Virus record (IMG/VR): IMGVR_UViG_3300006879_000403
Coordinates: 1-37,880 of that record
Direction: 5' to 3' (one strand)
Source: a virus
Taxonomy: Duplodnaviria > Caudoviricetes
Length of the DNA: 37,880 nucleotides
Of the stretch, positions 19,511-26,730 are shown piece by piece (the stretch's first letter is position 1; every line of letters begins with the position of its first letter). The translations under genes and the position numbers were made by a program. A model generated the notes under the pieces. That model ran no database searches and was not told where the DNA came from. It saw nothing but the letters and a program-made list of their open reading frames with translations.

Positions 19511-20172
19511 ACCGCTTGGAGCTGACGGAACTCACGGGGCACAATCTCCCGAACCGCTGAATCCCATTCCGATGACACGTCAATCCCACTTTCAGACAAC
19601 CGCTCCTCCAACGAGTCGAGAATACGCCGCACCGTATCCGCAACCATGGCACCCTGGTCTTCCGCCAGCTTGATAGCACGCTCCTCCACACCCACATGGA
19701 CAGCGGCCTTCGACACCTCCACCAAATGCTTCCGCTCCTTCAAGTACAGCCCATACCAGACCGACTCACGGGCACGGAGAGTCCGCTCCATCGTCCCGTC
19801 CTCCGTCGTCTTGATCTGATCGACCGAGAACGTGAGCAGGTCTTCGTCCAGAGCTTGAACCTTCGACCGCAGATACCGCACATGCCCCGCCGTCCACTTC
19901 ACCTCGTCGAGCAGAGCCTGAGTCGGGGACACGTCAGCCGGGAGTGAGAACTTACGCGCCACGTCCTCCGCTTCGAGCATGAGGAGACGTTGCTCCGCTT
20001 TCGCCCGGTTCTGAGGCGCACCGCCTCCGTGGGTTTCACACACTGTCTGTCCTCTCATGGCGGGTTTCTTGCACCGGTCTCCGCTGGTTTGGGATTTTGC
20101 GGTGCATCTCCATCCGCCGCGTCCGATGTTGCGGTCTTCTTCTGATGGTTCTGGTGTCCATTCGGTTGCCAT
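19507..20172 (-). CDS. terS: Terminase small subunit (N-terminal C..C..C..HGG Zn-binding motif)
   Basis: CTAKS...RCKKPAMRGQTVCETHGG; ATGA-coupled to terL. Confidence 0.75.
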   Translation of the reverse strand: MATEWTPEPSEEDRNIGRGGWRCTAKSQTSGDRCKKPAMRGQTVCETHGGGAPQNRAKAEQRLLMLEAEDVARKFSLPADVSPTQALLDEVKWTAGHVRYLRSKVQALDEDLLTFSVDQIKTTEDGTMERTLRARESVWYGLYLKERKHLVEVSKAAVHVGVEERAIKLAEDQGAMVADTVRRILDSLEERLSESGIDVSSEWDSAVREIVPREFRQLQAV

Positions 20173-20238
20173 GGTGTGTCTCCGTGGGTGTTTGGTGTTC
20201 CATAGGTGGATTGGTGGGTGTGTGTGTTCTATGGGTGG

Positions 20239-21138
20239 TTATTTGTTGTTGTCAATGTATTGGCGTGCGAGTTGGGCGAGTTGTTCGGGTGCGCCTTTGG
20301 TGTTGTCGGTGTGGCCGAGTTCTTTCATTCGGTTGAGTGCTTTCTTGATGAGGATTGCGTCTTCGGCTCCGATGTAGTCGGTGTTCAGGATCGTGGTGAT
20401 CGGCACGGTGCGCTTGTGTTTCGGTTTGTCGGTGTCGGGGGACGTGTAGCCCTGTTGGAGTTCGTCGCGGTGGTTTTCGTAAATGTCGAGTATGTAGGTG
20501 AGGGCGGCTGACCGGTTGCGTACGTCGTAGGAGGAGGACGCTTCTTCGACTGCTTGGAGGAGTCGGAAGTGGTCTTCGTATCGGGCGAGCCATGTTTCGG
20601 TGGCTTTGCTGGCGTATTTGACTGCTTCTTCGAATACGCGCATCACTTCGTCTCCGTCTCCGGGGAGGAACACGTACGAGAGTGTTTGGAATTCGAGTTT
20701 CGGTTCTTGCAGGCTGTCTACTTGTGCTTCTCGGAGGAGGTCGAGAGCTTTGTCATCGAGACCGGAGTATTGCTTCATTTCGAGGTCGTCGATTTCTTGG
20801 TACAGCTTGGCGAGGATTGACGCGTCGTCTTCTCCGGCGATTGCGTTGTGGGACAGCTGAATGGCGAGTCTCTGCGATTTGTTGAGCGGGTCGCTGGTTT
20901 CGAGCCACTTGATTTCGGTGAGGCCGGCTTCCATTGCGGCCATGACGCGGTGGTTGCCGGAGAGTACGTGGCGGGTGTCGGTGGTCGTGTCGTGCCACAC
21001 GAACGGTATCTGGGTGAGGTCTCCGTCTCGGCGTATGTTGGCGACGAGGTTAGCGAACTGTTCGTGCCTCATGTACCTCGCGTTTTCTTCGAGGAGTGTG
21101 AGGGTCTTCGGGTCTCCGGTTTCGACTGTGACGTTCAT
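20239..21138 (-). CDS. ParB/Srx N-terminal domain protein
   Basis: NARYM...L..NI, VLSGNHRVMAA, HN.I.G.DD motifs; ATGA overlap with the upstream 470-aa gene. Confidence 0.85.
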   Translation of the reverse strand: MNVTVETGDPKTLTLLEENARYMRHEQFANLVANIRRDGDLTQIPFVWHDTTTDTRHVLSGNHRVMAAMEAGLTEIKWLETSDPLNKSQRLAIQLSHNAIAGEDDASILAKLYQEIDDLEMKQYSGLDDKALDLLREAQVDSLQEPKLEFQTLSYVFLPGDGDEVMRVFEEAVKYASKATETWLARYEDHFRLLQAVEEASSSYDVRNRSAALTYILDIYENHRDELQQGYTSPDTDKPKHKRTVPITTILNTDYIGAEDAILIKKALNRMKELGHTDNTKGAPEQLAQLARQYIDNNK

Positions 21139-22547
21139 TTACGTGCCTTTCCGTGCTTCTTTTTCCACTGGGCCAGGATTTCGGTGCAGGTTTCTTCCCC
21201 GAATGAATCTCCGTATTGGAGATTCCAGGGGCGTGAGTAGTAGCTGTCGTCTTCGGGGAGGTTGTCAGCGTATGACGATTTGTATGCGTCGTTCTGCTCG
21301 CGTTTGAGGAGTTTGAGGGTTCCTCGGTACTTCATGCTGACGGGGTTCTTGCTGAACGCTGTCGTGGTGAATGACCGGTACGGGCGTTTCCCGTATCGGG
21401 TGAGGAGTTTCTGCGCCTCGACTGATTTGGCGGACGCGACGATCAGTTTCGACAGCCGCGTGTACGAGGACGAGTCCACGGGGAAGTCCGACAGGAGGTA
21501 CGCCACTGGTGGCGGAACGTACTTGCCCCAGTCTGCGAACGTTGGTGCCCACGACCAGGCAATTGCTCCCACGAACAGGTCGTCGACGATCACGGCGAGC
21601 GCGAGGTCCGCCGCCCCTGGTTTGATGCCCTTGTTCATGTACATCGACCGGAGACCTTGGAACTGGTCGCCCGTGATGGGGATGAGCTTCATCTCGTCCC
21701 CGAGTTCGTCCTCCGGCCCGATGTGCTCGTAGGGGAGCTGAGTTGTGGACTGATGGGGCATGATGATGCGTTTCTGCCCGTGCGACGAATACACGTGAAT
21801 GTGTGGCGACCGGTTCGTGGTCTGGATTTTCGCTACCAGGTGGTCGGAGAGTTCTTCGACGGGTTTGTTCACCGCGAACGTCCACTTCTCACGTTCTGCG
21901 ATCTTCAAATACAGCTCTGTGAGCGTGTCTTTTTCGAGGAGCTGGTATTCCGGGGGTTGCCAGTCGAAAAGTCGCTCTAGGACGGTGTAGTCCTTCTGGA
22001 AGTAGCTGGCGGCACCGGTTGCCTGGAATGGTGGGTACGCGACCACTGCCGCGTCCTCCGGTACACGGTCGAGCCACGTGAGCACGTCTTCCGAATCGTA
22101 GCTGTCGATCTTCATGGAGAAGTTCTTGATCTGCTCGATCATCTGCTCATGCATGGTGTCGAACTGTGATTCGTATGCGTCGATTAGTTTCCGGTAGTAC
22201 GGGGAACCATCGTGCGCCTTGCCGACTGTGATCGCCAGGTTCGACGCGACATGCATGGCGGCGAGGTCTCGCAGGGGGTCTCCGAGGTATTTCTCCATCC
22301 ACGGCATGTCTTCCCGCCCCGACTCAGTGAGCACGAGGTCCATCGGGTTGCCGGAGTAGTAGTTACCGACTGCGGCTGAGTACAGGAGCACATCGTTCGA
22401 GTGCAAACGTGCTCCCGAGTCCTGCAAATACCGCTCCACGGTGAACGAACCTGAGCACCCGATATAGATATCTGGGGTTGGTCCCCAATCGTCCACGTAC
22501 TCCATCATGAGTTGCATGACGGGGCGTGGCACACTGCCTCTGAACAT
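21135..22547 (-). CDS. Putative DNA-modifying enzyme: adenine-methyltransferase-like N-terminal domain plus GNAT/Mom-like C-terminal domain
   Basis: Motif I-like YIGCSGSF, HSND, motif IV-like VVAYPPF. C-terminal AVIVDD.FVGA...YLLSDF...RLSKL...TTAFS..PVSMKYRG. RBS AAGGAGG. The ORF is secure; domain calls are by eye. Confidence 0.65.
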   Translation of the reverse strand: MFRGSVPRPVMQLMMEYVDDWGPTPDIYIGCSGSFTVERYLQDSGARLHSNDVLLYSAAVGNYYSGNPMDLVLTESGREDMPWMEKYLGDPLRDLAAMHVASNLAITVGKAHDGSPYYRKLIDAYESQFDTMHEQMIEQIKNFSMKIDSYDSEDVLTWLDRVPEDAAVVAYPPFQATGAASYFQKDYTVLERLFDWQPPEYQLLEKDTLTELYLKIAEREKWTFAVNKPVEELSDHLVAKIQTTNRSPHIHVYSSHGQKRIIMPHQSTTQLPYEHIGPEDELGDEMKLIPITGDQFQGLRSMYMNKGIKPGAADLALAVIVDDLFVGAIAWSWAPTFADWGKYVPPPVAYLLSDFPVDSSSYTRLSKLIVASAKSVEAQKLLTRYGKRPYRSFTTTAFSKNPVSMKYRGTLKLLKREQNDAYKSSYADNLPEDDSYYSRPWNLQYGDSFGEETCTEILAQWKKKHGKARK

Positions 22548-22621
22548 TCCATCCTCCTTGCTGATACACCACTTTTACTGTCTGGTCAGTCTACTCCGCG
22601 CTGGCGTGGTGGAGGGGAAGC

Positions 22622-22653
22622 AAAAGACCCCCCGGCGTTAACCGGGGGGTCTT
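22622..22653 (-). terminator. Rho-independent terminator immediately after the tRNA
   Basis: Perfect 12-bp stem AAGACCCCCCGG/CCGGGGGGTCTT with a 6-nt loop, ending in TCTTTT on the minus strand; begins 6 nt past the CCA. Confidence 0.85.
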
Positions 22654-22659
22654 GCAAGT

Positions 22660-22731
22660 TGGAGCGCGAGGGAAGGGCTGACCTTCCATCTCCTACCAGG
22701 AAGGCAGGCGACTTACTTAGTCCACTCACGC
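22660..22731 (-). tRNA. Non-canonical tRNA-Gly (anticodon UCC), 72 nt, CCA encoded
   Basis: GCGTGAG TG GACT-AAGTA-AGTC G CCTGC-CTTCCTG-GTAGG AGAT GGAAG-GTCAGCC-CTTCC CTCGCGC T CCA. Stems of 7/4/5/5 bp all pair; U73 discriminator; G1-C72, C2-G71, G3-C70; anticodon at 22699-22701. Confidence 0.88.
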
Positions 22732-22740
22732 ATTGCGTCC

Positions 22741-22770
22741 ACTATATACACCCCGGCGCGGATCATGCAA
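22741..22770 (-). promoter_or_regulatory. SigA-like promoter for the tRNA
   Basis: TTGCAT-N18-TATAGT ending 9 nt upstream of the tRNA 5' end. Confidence 0.65.
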
Positions 22771-22777
22771 CCTGGTG

Positions 22778-23155
22778 TCAGGGCACCTCCGGAACGTGCT
22801 CCCCGGTCGCCTTCTCCCACCAGTCAGCGAATCCCTTCCGGTGACAGTCCTTCGCCTGCCACTCAAAGCACATGAGTACCAGGCGCGGATCGCCAGCGTG
22901 CTCAGCAATGGCTGTCAGCTGGTCTCGAATGTTGTCGACTCCCCGGTGGTCAAGCACCTGGTGATACCGCTCGTTGAACACGTCCATCGGCACGTCGGCC
23001 TTCACCATTGACCACTCCGGGTAGAGTAGCTGGGCCTTGTATCGGAGCGGGTATTTTATCCCGAACTTAGGTCGCCCGTTACTGATCTGCACGGGCACCC
23101 CGTACATCGGCTGGAAGTTCTTGTATGCGGCGGTGAATAGTTGCAGTTCAATCAT
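22778..23155 (-). CDS. DUF488-like protein (paralog 2)
   Basis: RBS AAGGAG, start MIELQLFT; F.ERY...L...LVLMCFE....CHR..FA.WW motif. Confidence 0.75.
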   Translation of the reverse strand: MIELQLFTAAYKNFQPMYGVPVQISNGRPKFGIKYPLRYKAQLLYPEWSMVKADVPMDVFNERYHQVLDHRGVDNIRDQLTAIAEHAGDPRLVLMCFEWQAKDCHRKGFADWWEKATGEHVPEVP

Positions 23156-23172
23156 CAGTGTCTCCTTGGTTC

Positions 23173-23628
23173 TCAGAATAGTTCGTGTTGCAGTTTCAGC
23201 TTGGCACGGGTGCCGAGTTCTGGAATGTCTTCGCCGGTCTGCTGTTTCCACCAGCCTGCGAACTTGCGTCGGTGGCACCAGCCTTCCTCGGCGGTCTCAA
23301 TCTCGTGTTCTTCGTTGCATTCGAGTTTCCCCAGCTTCTCGAAGCACAGCATGACCAGCGGTGCGTCTTTCCGGAGGTTCGCTTCCTTCCGAACCCGCTG
23401 GAAGTCAGCTCTGAATGCGTCCACGCCGTGAGCGTCGAGCTGAGCGTAGAAGTGACGGTCATAGTTCTCTTGCTCGGTGTGCAGGTAGTCCCATGTGGGA
23501 GTTGCCGCGACGACGGTGCGGAACGGGTTGAACTCCGGAATCTGGTAGCTGGGCACCCCCGCCGAGATTCGGACTGCTAGACCCATTTCGGGCTGGTACT
23601 CGTTGTATGAGCACGTGTAGAGGTTCAT
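23173..23628 (-). CDS. DUF488-like protein (paralog 1)
   Basis: RBS AAGGAG, start MNLYTCSY; LVMLCFE...WCHRRKFAGWW...TGEDIPE motif. Confidence 0.75.
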   Translation of the reverse strand: MNLYTCSYNEYQPEMGLAVRISAGVPSYQIPEFNPFRTVVAATPTWDYLHTEQENYDRHFYAQLDAHGVDAFRADFQRVRKEANLRKDAPLVMLCFEKLGKLECNEEHEIETAEEGWCHRRKFAGWWKQQTGEDIPELGTRAKLKLQHELF

Positions 23629-23644
23629 CGTGTCTCCTTCGTGT

Positions 23645-23693
23645 CCCCCCTGGTGATATATACAGTATATCACCTGTGGTTTCTAGCGTCCAA
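23645..23693 (-). promoter_or_regulatory. Repeated promoter/operator element, variant copy
   Basis: TTGGAC-N18-TATACT followed by GTATATATC; contains the palindrome ATATAC-T-GTATAT. Confidence 0.65.
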
Positions 23694-23985
23694 ACAACCG
23701 GCGAGCCATATCCTCCAACGACGACGGACCATGACTGTCAGTCGACGCTTCCGACCACTGCTCGAAGAACTCCTCCACCTCGTGCCGGTTCGCATAGTTC
23801 AACAGGATATGAGCGAAGTCGTCCGGCAGGAACTCCGACAGAGCCAAATCTGCACGCGCCTCGTCACCCATCATCGTTGCGTGGCGCAGAGACAGCGCGT
23901 GCATGGCCGGCACGTTCACCGGCCCGTCAATGAACGACAGCTCCAACGTGACCGTTTCTCGTCTCTTGTCTCCGGTGTACTTCAT
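23683..23985 (-). CDS. Hypothetical protein
   Basis: RBS AGGAGG; TAATG coupling to the upstream gene; 100 aa. Confidence 0.65.
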   Translation of the reverse strand: MKYTGDKRRETVTLELSFIDGPVNVPAMHALSLRHATMMGDEARADLALSEFLPDDFAHILLNYANRHEVEEFFEQWSEASTDSHGPSSLEDMARRLFGR

Positions 23986-24116
23986 TACTCGCTCCTCCTA
24001 TGGCACCCGCACGGGCACATCGTGAATTCGCATCGTGTGTCGTTCCAGCCGACACGGTTGCATTTGTGATGGTCCTCGATTCGGCATTCCACCGACGCGA
24101 ACACTACTTCGTTCAT
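23985..24116 (-). CDS. Small Cys/His-rich protein (43 aa)
   Basis: ATGA overlap; MNEVVFASVECRIEDHHKC...CPCGCH. Confidence 0.6.
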   Translation of the reverse strand: MNEVVFASVECRIEDHHKCNRVGWNDTRCEFTMCPCGCHRRSE

Positions 24117-24334
24117 CGTCCACTCCTCAGAATCACAGAGGCCAGGGCCACGATCAGCATGAGCGGAATCGTGACCGGCCACAGCAGAGCGGTCACAGTC
24201 ATGACCGCCTGATGCTGACTGTCCATGTCGTACCCGTTCGACTGCCGGTAGGCACGGTTCCCGAACCACAGGAACAGAACCACCACGGCGACATACACGG
24301 CCACGATCACCCACAGCCAGGTCTCAGTCAGCAT
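24113..24334 (-). CDS. Small membrane protein
   Basis: Two hydrophobic helices with a LLWPV motif. Confidence 0.65.
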   Translation of the reverse strand: MLTETWLWVIVAVYVAVVVLFLWFGNRAYRQSNGYDMDSQHQAVMTVTALLWPVTIPLMLIVALASVILRSGR

Positions 24335-24557
24335 CGGCGGGTTCCTCGCTCACATCGGACTCGGCATCTTTGGCGGTGAAGCTGAAGATTTGCGCGGCCA
24401 CGTGAGCAACGTTCATGTCTTCTTCCATAGGCATCCGAATCTTGTGTCCGCCCCGGAGGAGTATCCACGCGATTCCGTGATCCTTCTCCTCGATGCCGAC
24501 CACTTCGTCGGCCACCACGATCACGTCTTCCGCGATCTGCACAATGGTCTTCTTCAT
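24324..24557 (-). CDS. Hypothetical protein
   Basis: Coupled overlaps with neighbouring genes; 77 aa. Confidence 0.65.
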   Translation of the reverse strand: MKKTIVQIAEDVIVVADEVVGIEEKDHGIAWILLRGGHKIRMPMEEDMNVAHVAAQIFSFTAKDAESDVSEEPADAD

Positions 24558-24769
24558 TCGTGTCCCCCTGTGAATAGGTTTCTGATCATAGTCTCAGGTG
24601 TGGCACCTTCCCGGTGCGGAACGCCGTAGCTGTTCCCGTTCGTCATGCAGATGATCAACGCGTCACCGTCGCCTGCCCACGGGCCTTTCGCTTTGTCTGG
24701 GACGATGACCTCGCTGATTTCCTTGACGTTCAGCCACACACCGTGCGTGACTTCGCGGATCATTTTCAT
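24554..24769 (-). CDS. Hypothetical protein
   Basis: Start MKMIREV at an ATGA overlap. Confidence 0.6.
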   Translation of the reverse strand: MKMIREVTHGVWLNVKEISEVIVPDKAKGPWAGDGDALIICMTNGNSYGVPHREGATPETMIRNLFTGGHE

Positions 24770-24981
24770 TTGAGATGTTCCCTTCCAGGTGGGAGGTCGA
24801 TGCGTTCTTTCCAGGTAGTGCCGCAGGATGGGCAGGTCATGGTGTCGATGATGTGTCGGGGTCTCTCCTGTCCGTGGGATCGCTTGCGTTCTCGGTGGAC
24901 GTGCCAGGGGTCCACGTACCCGCATTTCCAGCACTTCCAGCACCTCTTGTTGGGTTCGACCAGGTTGTCCTGGTCACTCAT
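24766..24981 (-). CDS. Small Zn-ribbon protein
   Basis: CWKC...CPSC pairs; RBS GGAGG. Confidence 0.6.
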   Translation of the reverse strand: MSDQDNLVEPNKRCWKCWKCGYVDPWHVHRERKRSHGQERPRHIIDTMTCPSCGTTWKERIDLPPGREHLK

Positions 24982-25342
24982 CGTCACCTCCCGGTGCCTT
25001 CACGCCCCTGTTGTGCAGGTATTCTCCGAATGTGGGATCACTTGCCGTTGCTCGGCCCGGCCATTCCTCCATGATCTTGTCCAGCTTCTCCGCATTCGTC
25101 GGTTCCGGGTCCGGGACGATGGTGTATCCGATCCGAGCGAGGCGGGAGGTTGCCCACTCCGCATACTCTTCACCGAACGCCTCCACCATGTCGCTCCGCG
25201 TCATCGTCCGTCCGGGCACCTGGTCGGGATTCTGGTCAAGCCACTGAAGGGCAACCAGCGCACCCATCCTCTCGCTCATGGTCAGATCGAATGTCTCATC
25301 GTTGACCATCGGACCATACAGGTCTTCGTACTTTCCAGCCAT
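24974..25342 (-). CDS. Hypothetical protein
   Basis: RBS GGAAGGAAG; 122 aa. Confidence 0.65.
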   Translation of the reverse strand: MAGKYEDLYGPMVNDETFDLTMSERMGALVALQWLDQNPDQVPGRTMTRSDMVEAFGEEYAEWATSRLARIGYTIVPDPEPTNAEKLDKIMEEWPGRATASDPTFGEYLHNRGVKAPGGDDE

Positions 25343-25344
25343 GA

Positions 25345-25608
25345 CTACTTCCTTCCGTGCTTCTCGTTCACTCGTTGCGCGGTCCGGTCAGCCCACCGGC
25401 CCAGCACCACTCCCACGGCCTCGACCGCGATAATCAGCCACGTCACCGGCCACATCGTCACCGCCGCCGCCTTCAGAAGTTCATCGTGTCTCATGTCCAC
25501 AGTGAACGGTGTGTCGATCTTCTCCATCACCCGCAGGGCGTAGAACGTTCCCGCGCAGGCCAGGAGGTACACAATCACTGCGCCGATCACGATCCAGGCC
25601 ACCATCAC
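25345..25608 (-). CDS. Small membrane protein
   Basis: Two hydrophobic helices with a MWPV motif; same architecture as 24113-24334. Confidence 0.65.
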   Translation of the reverse strand: MMVAWIVIGAVIVYLLACAGTFYALRVMEKIDTPFTVDMRHDELLKAAAVTMWPVTWLIIAVEAVGVVLGRWADRTAQRVNEKHGRK

Positions 25609-25928
25609 CCGTCACCCTCCTCCAAGTTCTGCTTGGCCTCCGCCACCGCTTGCTTGGTGTGCGGGTTGTCGGGGAGTTGCACCGTGCCCTGGTCTCCCAC
25701 GGCTTCACAGCATTCGTTCCAGGTCATCTCCCGGACATGCCGGACCGCCTCATCCAGTTCCGAATCCATCATGGCCCGGAAGCGCACGAATGCGTCCGAG
25801 CGCACCGTGTCCACGACTTCCTTCATCGTGGCATCGAACTCCTCTCCCCGATCCTGGTCGGACTGGAAGGCGGACTTCCCGGCAATGTAGCCGTTGCGGA
25901 GTTTGGTGATGTTCTCGTTGATGTTCAT
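25605..25928 (-). CDS. Hypothetical protein
   Basis: RBS GAGGA before MNINE. Confidence 0.6.
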   Translation of the reverse strand: MNINENITKLRNGYIAGKSAFQSDQDRGEEFDATMKEVVDTVRSDAFVRFRAMMDSELDEAVRHVREMTWNECCEAVGDQGTVQLPDNPHTKQAVAEAKQNLEEGDG

Positions 25929-25936
25929 GCTGTTCC

Positions 25937-26215
25937 TCACTTTCCTGAGATGGTGTATCCGGTCTCGTCCTCGAACCGACGCTCAGCGGTTCCGTCGCCG
26001 TTGCCACCGAGCAGGTCAGCGGAGAAGATTGCGTATCCGCAACCGGTGGAGAAGCCGAATCCGCCGTCTTTGTGGGCGCGGTACTTCCTGATCTTGCTCA
26101 CGTCGTGGTTGAGCCAGTCGAGGATGATCGGGGCATCCTTCTTGCTGATCTTCCATCGTTGCATTCCGGTGGTGGGGTGGACGTTGACGCGCTTGGCGTG
26201 GATGGTCTTGTTCAT
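25937..26215 (-). CDS. Hypothetical protein
   Basis: RBS AGGAGACAC; 92 aa. Confidence 0.65.
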   Translation of the reverse strand: MNKTIHAKRVNVHPTTGMQRWKISKKDAPIILDWLNHDVSKIRKYRAHKDGGFGFSTGCGYAIFSADLLGGNGDGTAERRFEDETGYTISGK

Positions 26216-26281
26216 GTCGTGTCTCCTGTTCGTGGTGCCCCCGGCCCGAGCGTGTCGGACCGGGGATGGGTGATGGGTGGG

Positions 26282-26656
26282 TCAGTTGGTGGTGACTGCA
26301 TGGAGGATCGCTTCGATCCACTTCAGATTCCAGATGATGTTCCGGCGACGTTCACGGTCACGGTCGGCACCGAAGGAATAGTCCCGCTGTCCTGTGGTCT
26401 TCGATCCGACGATGCGGGTGTCAACGAGTGCTCGCTGAGCGTGGAACCACACTTTGCCCATGTCGGCCTGGAAGAACGCGGTGGTGCTGTTCGGGCGGTC
26501 CAGGTCGAGTTCCCCTGCTTCGGTGGCGAACTCGCGGACCTTCAGGAGCAGGTCGGCCAGACCTTCCGGCAGGTGGTATTCGGTGGACTCGGTGAGCAGG
26601 TCCGCGAAGTTGATGCGGAAGGCGTGTGCGGTGTGGCGTGCGACGTTGGTGTTCAT
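26282..26656 (-). CDS. Hypothetical protein (first gene after a repeated promoter)
   Basis: RBS AGGAGG; 124 aa. Confidence 0.7.
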   Translation of the reverse strand: MNTNVARHTAHAFRINFADLLTESTEYHLPEGLADLLLKVREFATEAGELDLDRPNSTTAFFQADMGKVWFHAQRALVDTRIVGSKTTGQRDYSFGADRDRERRRNIIWNLKWIEAILHAVTTN

Positions 26657-26675
26657 GTTTCCTCCTGTGGGCTTG

Positions 26676-26730
26676 TGGGGCTGTCCCCCGTTGTTATATA
26701 CAGTCTATCAGACTGATCGGGGGAATGCAA
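26676..26730 (-). promoter_or_regulatory. Repeated promoter/operator plus 5' hairpin
   Basis: TTGCAT-N17-TAGACT-GTATATAACAAC-GGGGG..GCCCC. Confidence 0.8.

Noticed and set aside
20239-21138. ParB-like gene read as a partitioning system
   Set aside because: No ParA ATPase or parS-like array nearby; it is coupled to the modification-like gene instead.
22588-22623. TAGACT upstream of the 470-aa gene read as a ninth repeat promoter
   Set aside because: No -35 at 17-18 nt and no downstream GTATATA. It may be an activator-dependent -10, but the sequence alone cannot support that.
22660-22731. tRNA read as an attP remnant or decayed pseudogene
   Set aside because: It is full length with every stem paired and has its own promoter and terminator. 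The 3' half is non-canonical rather than host-like, and no integrase is present in the window.
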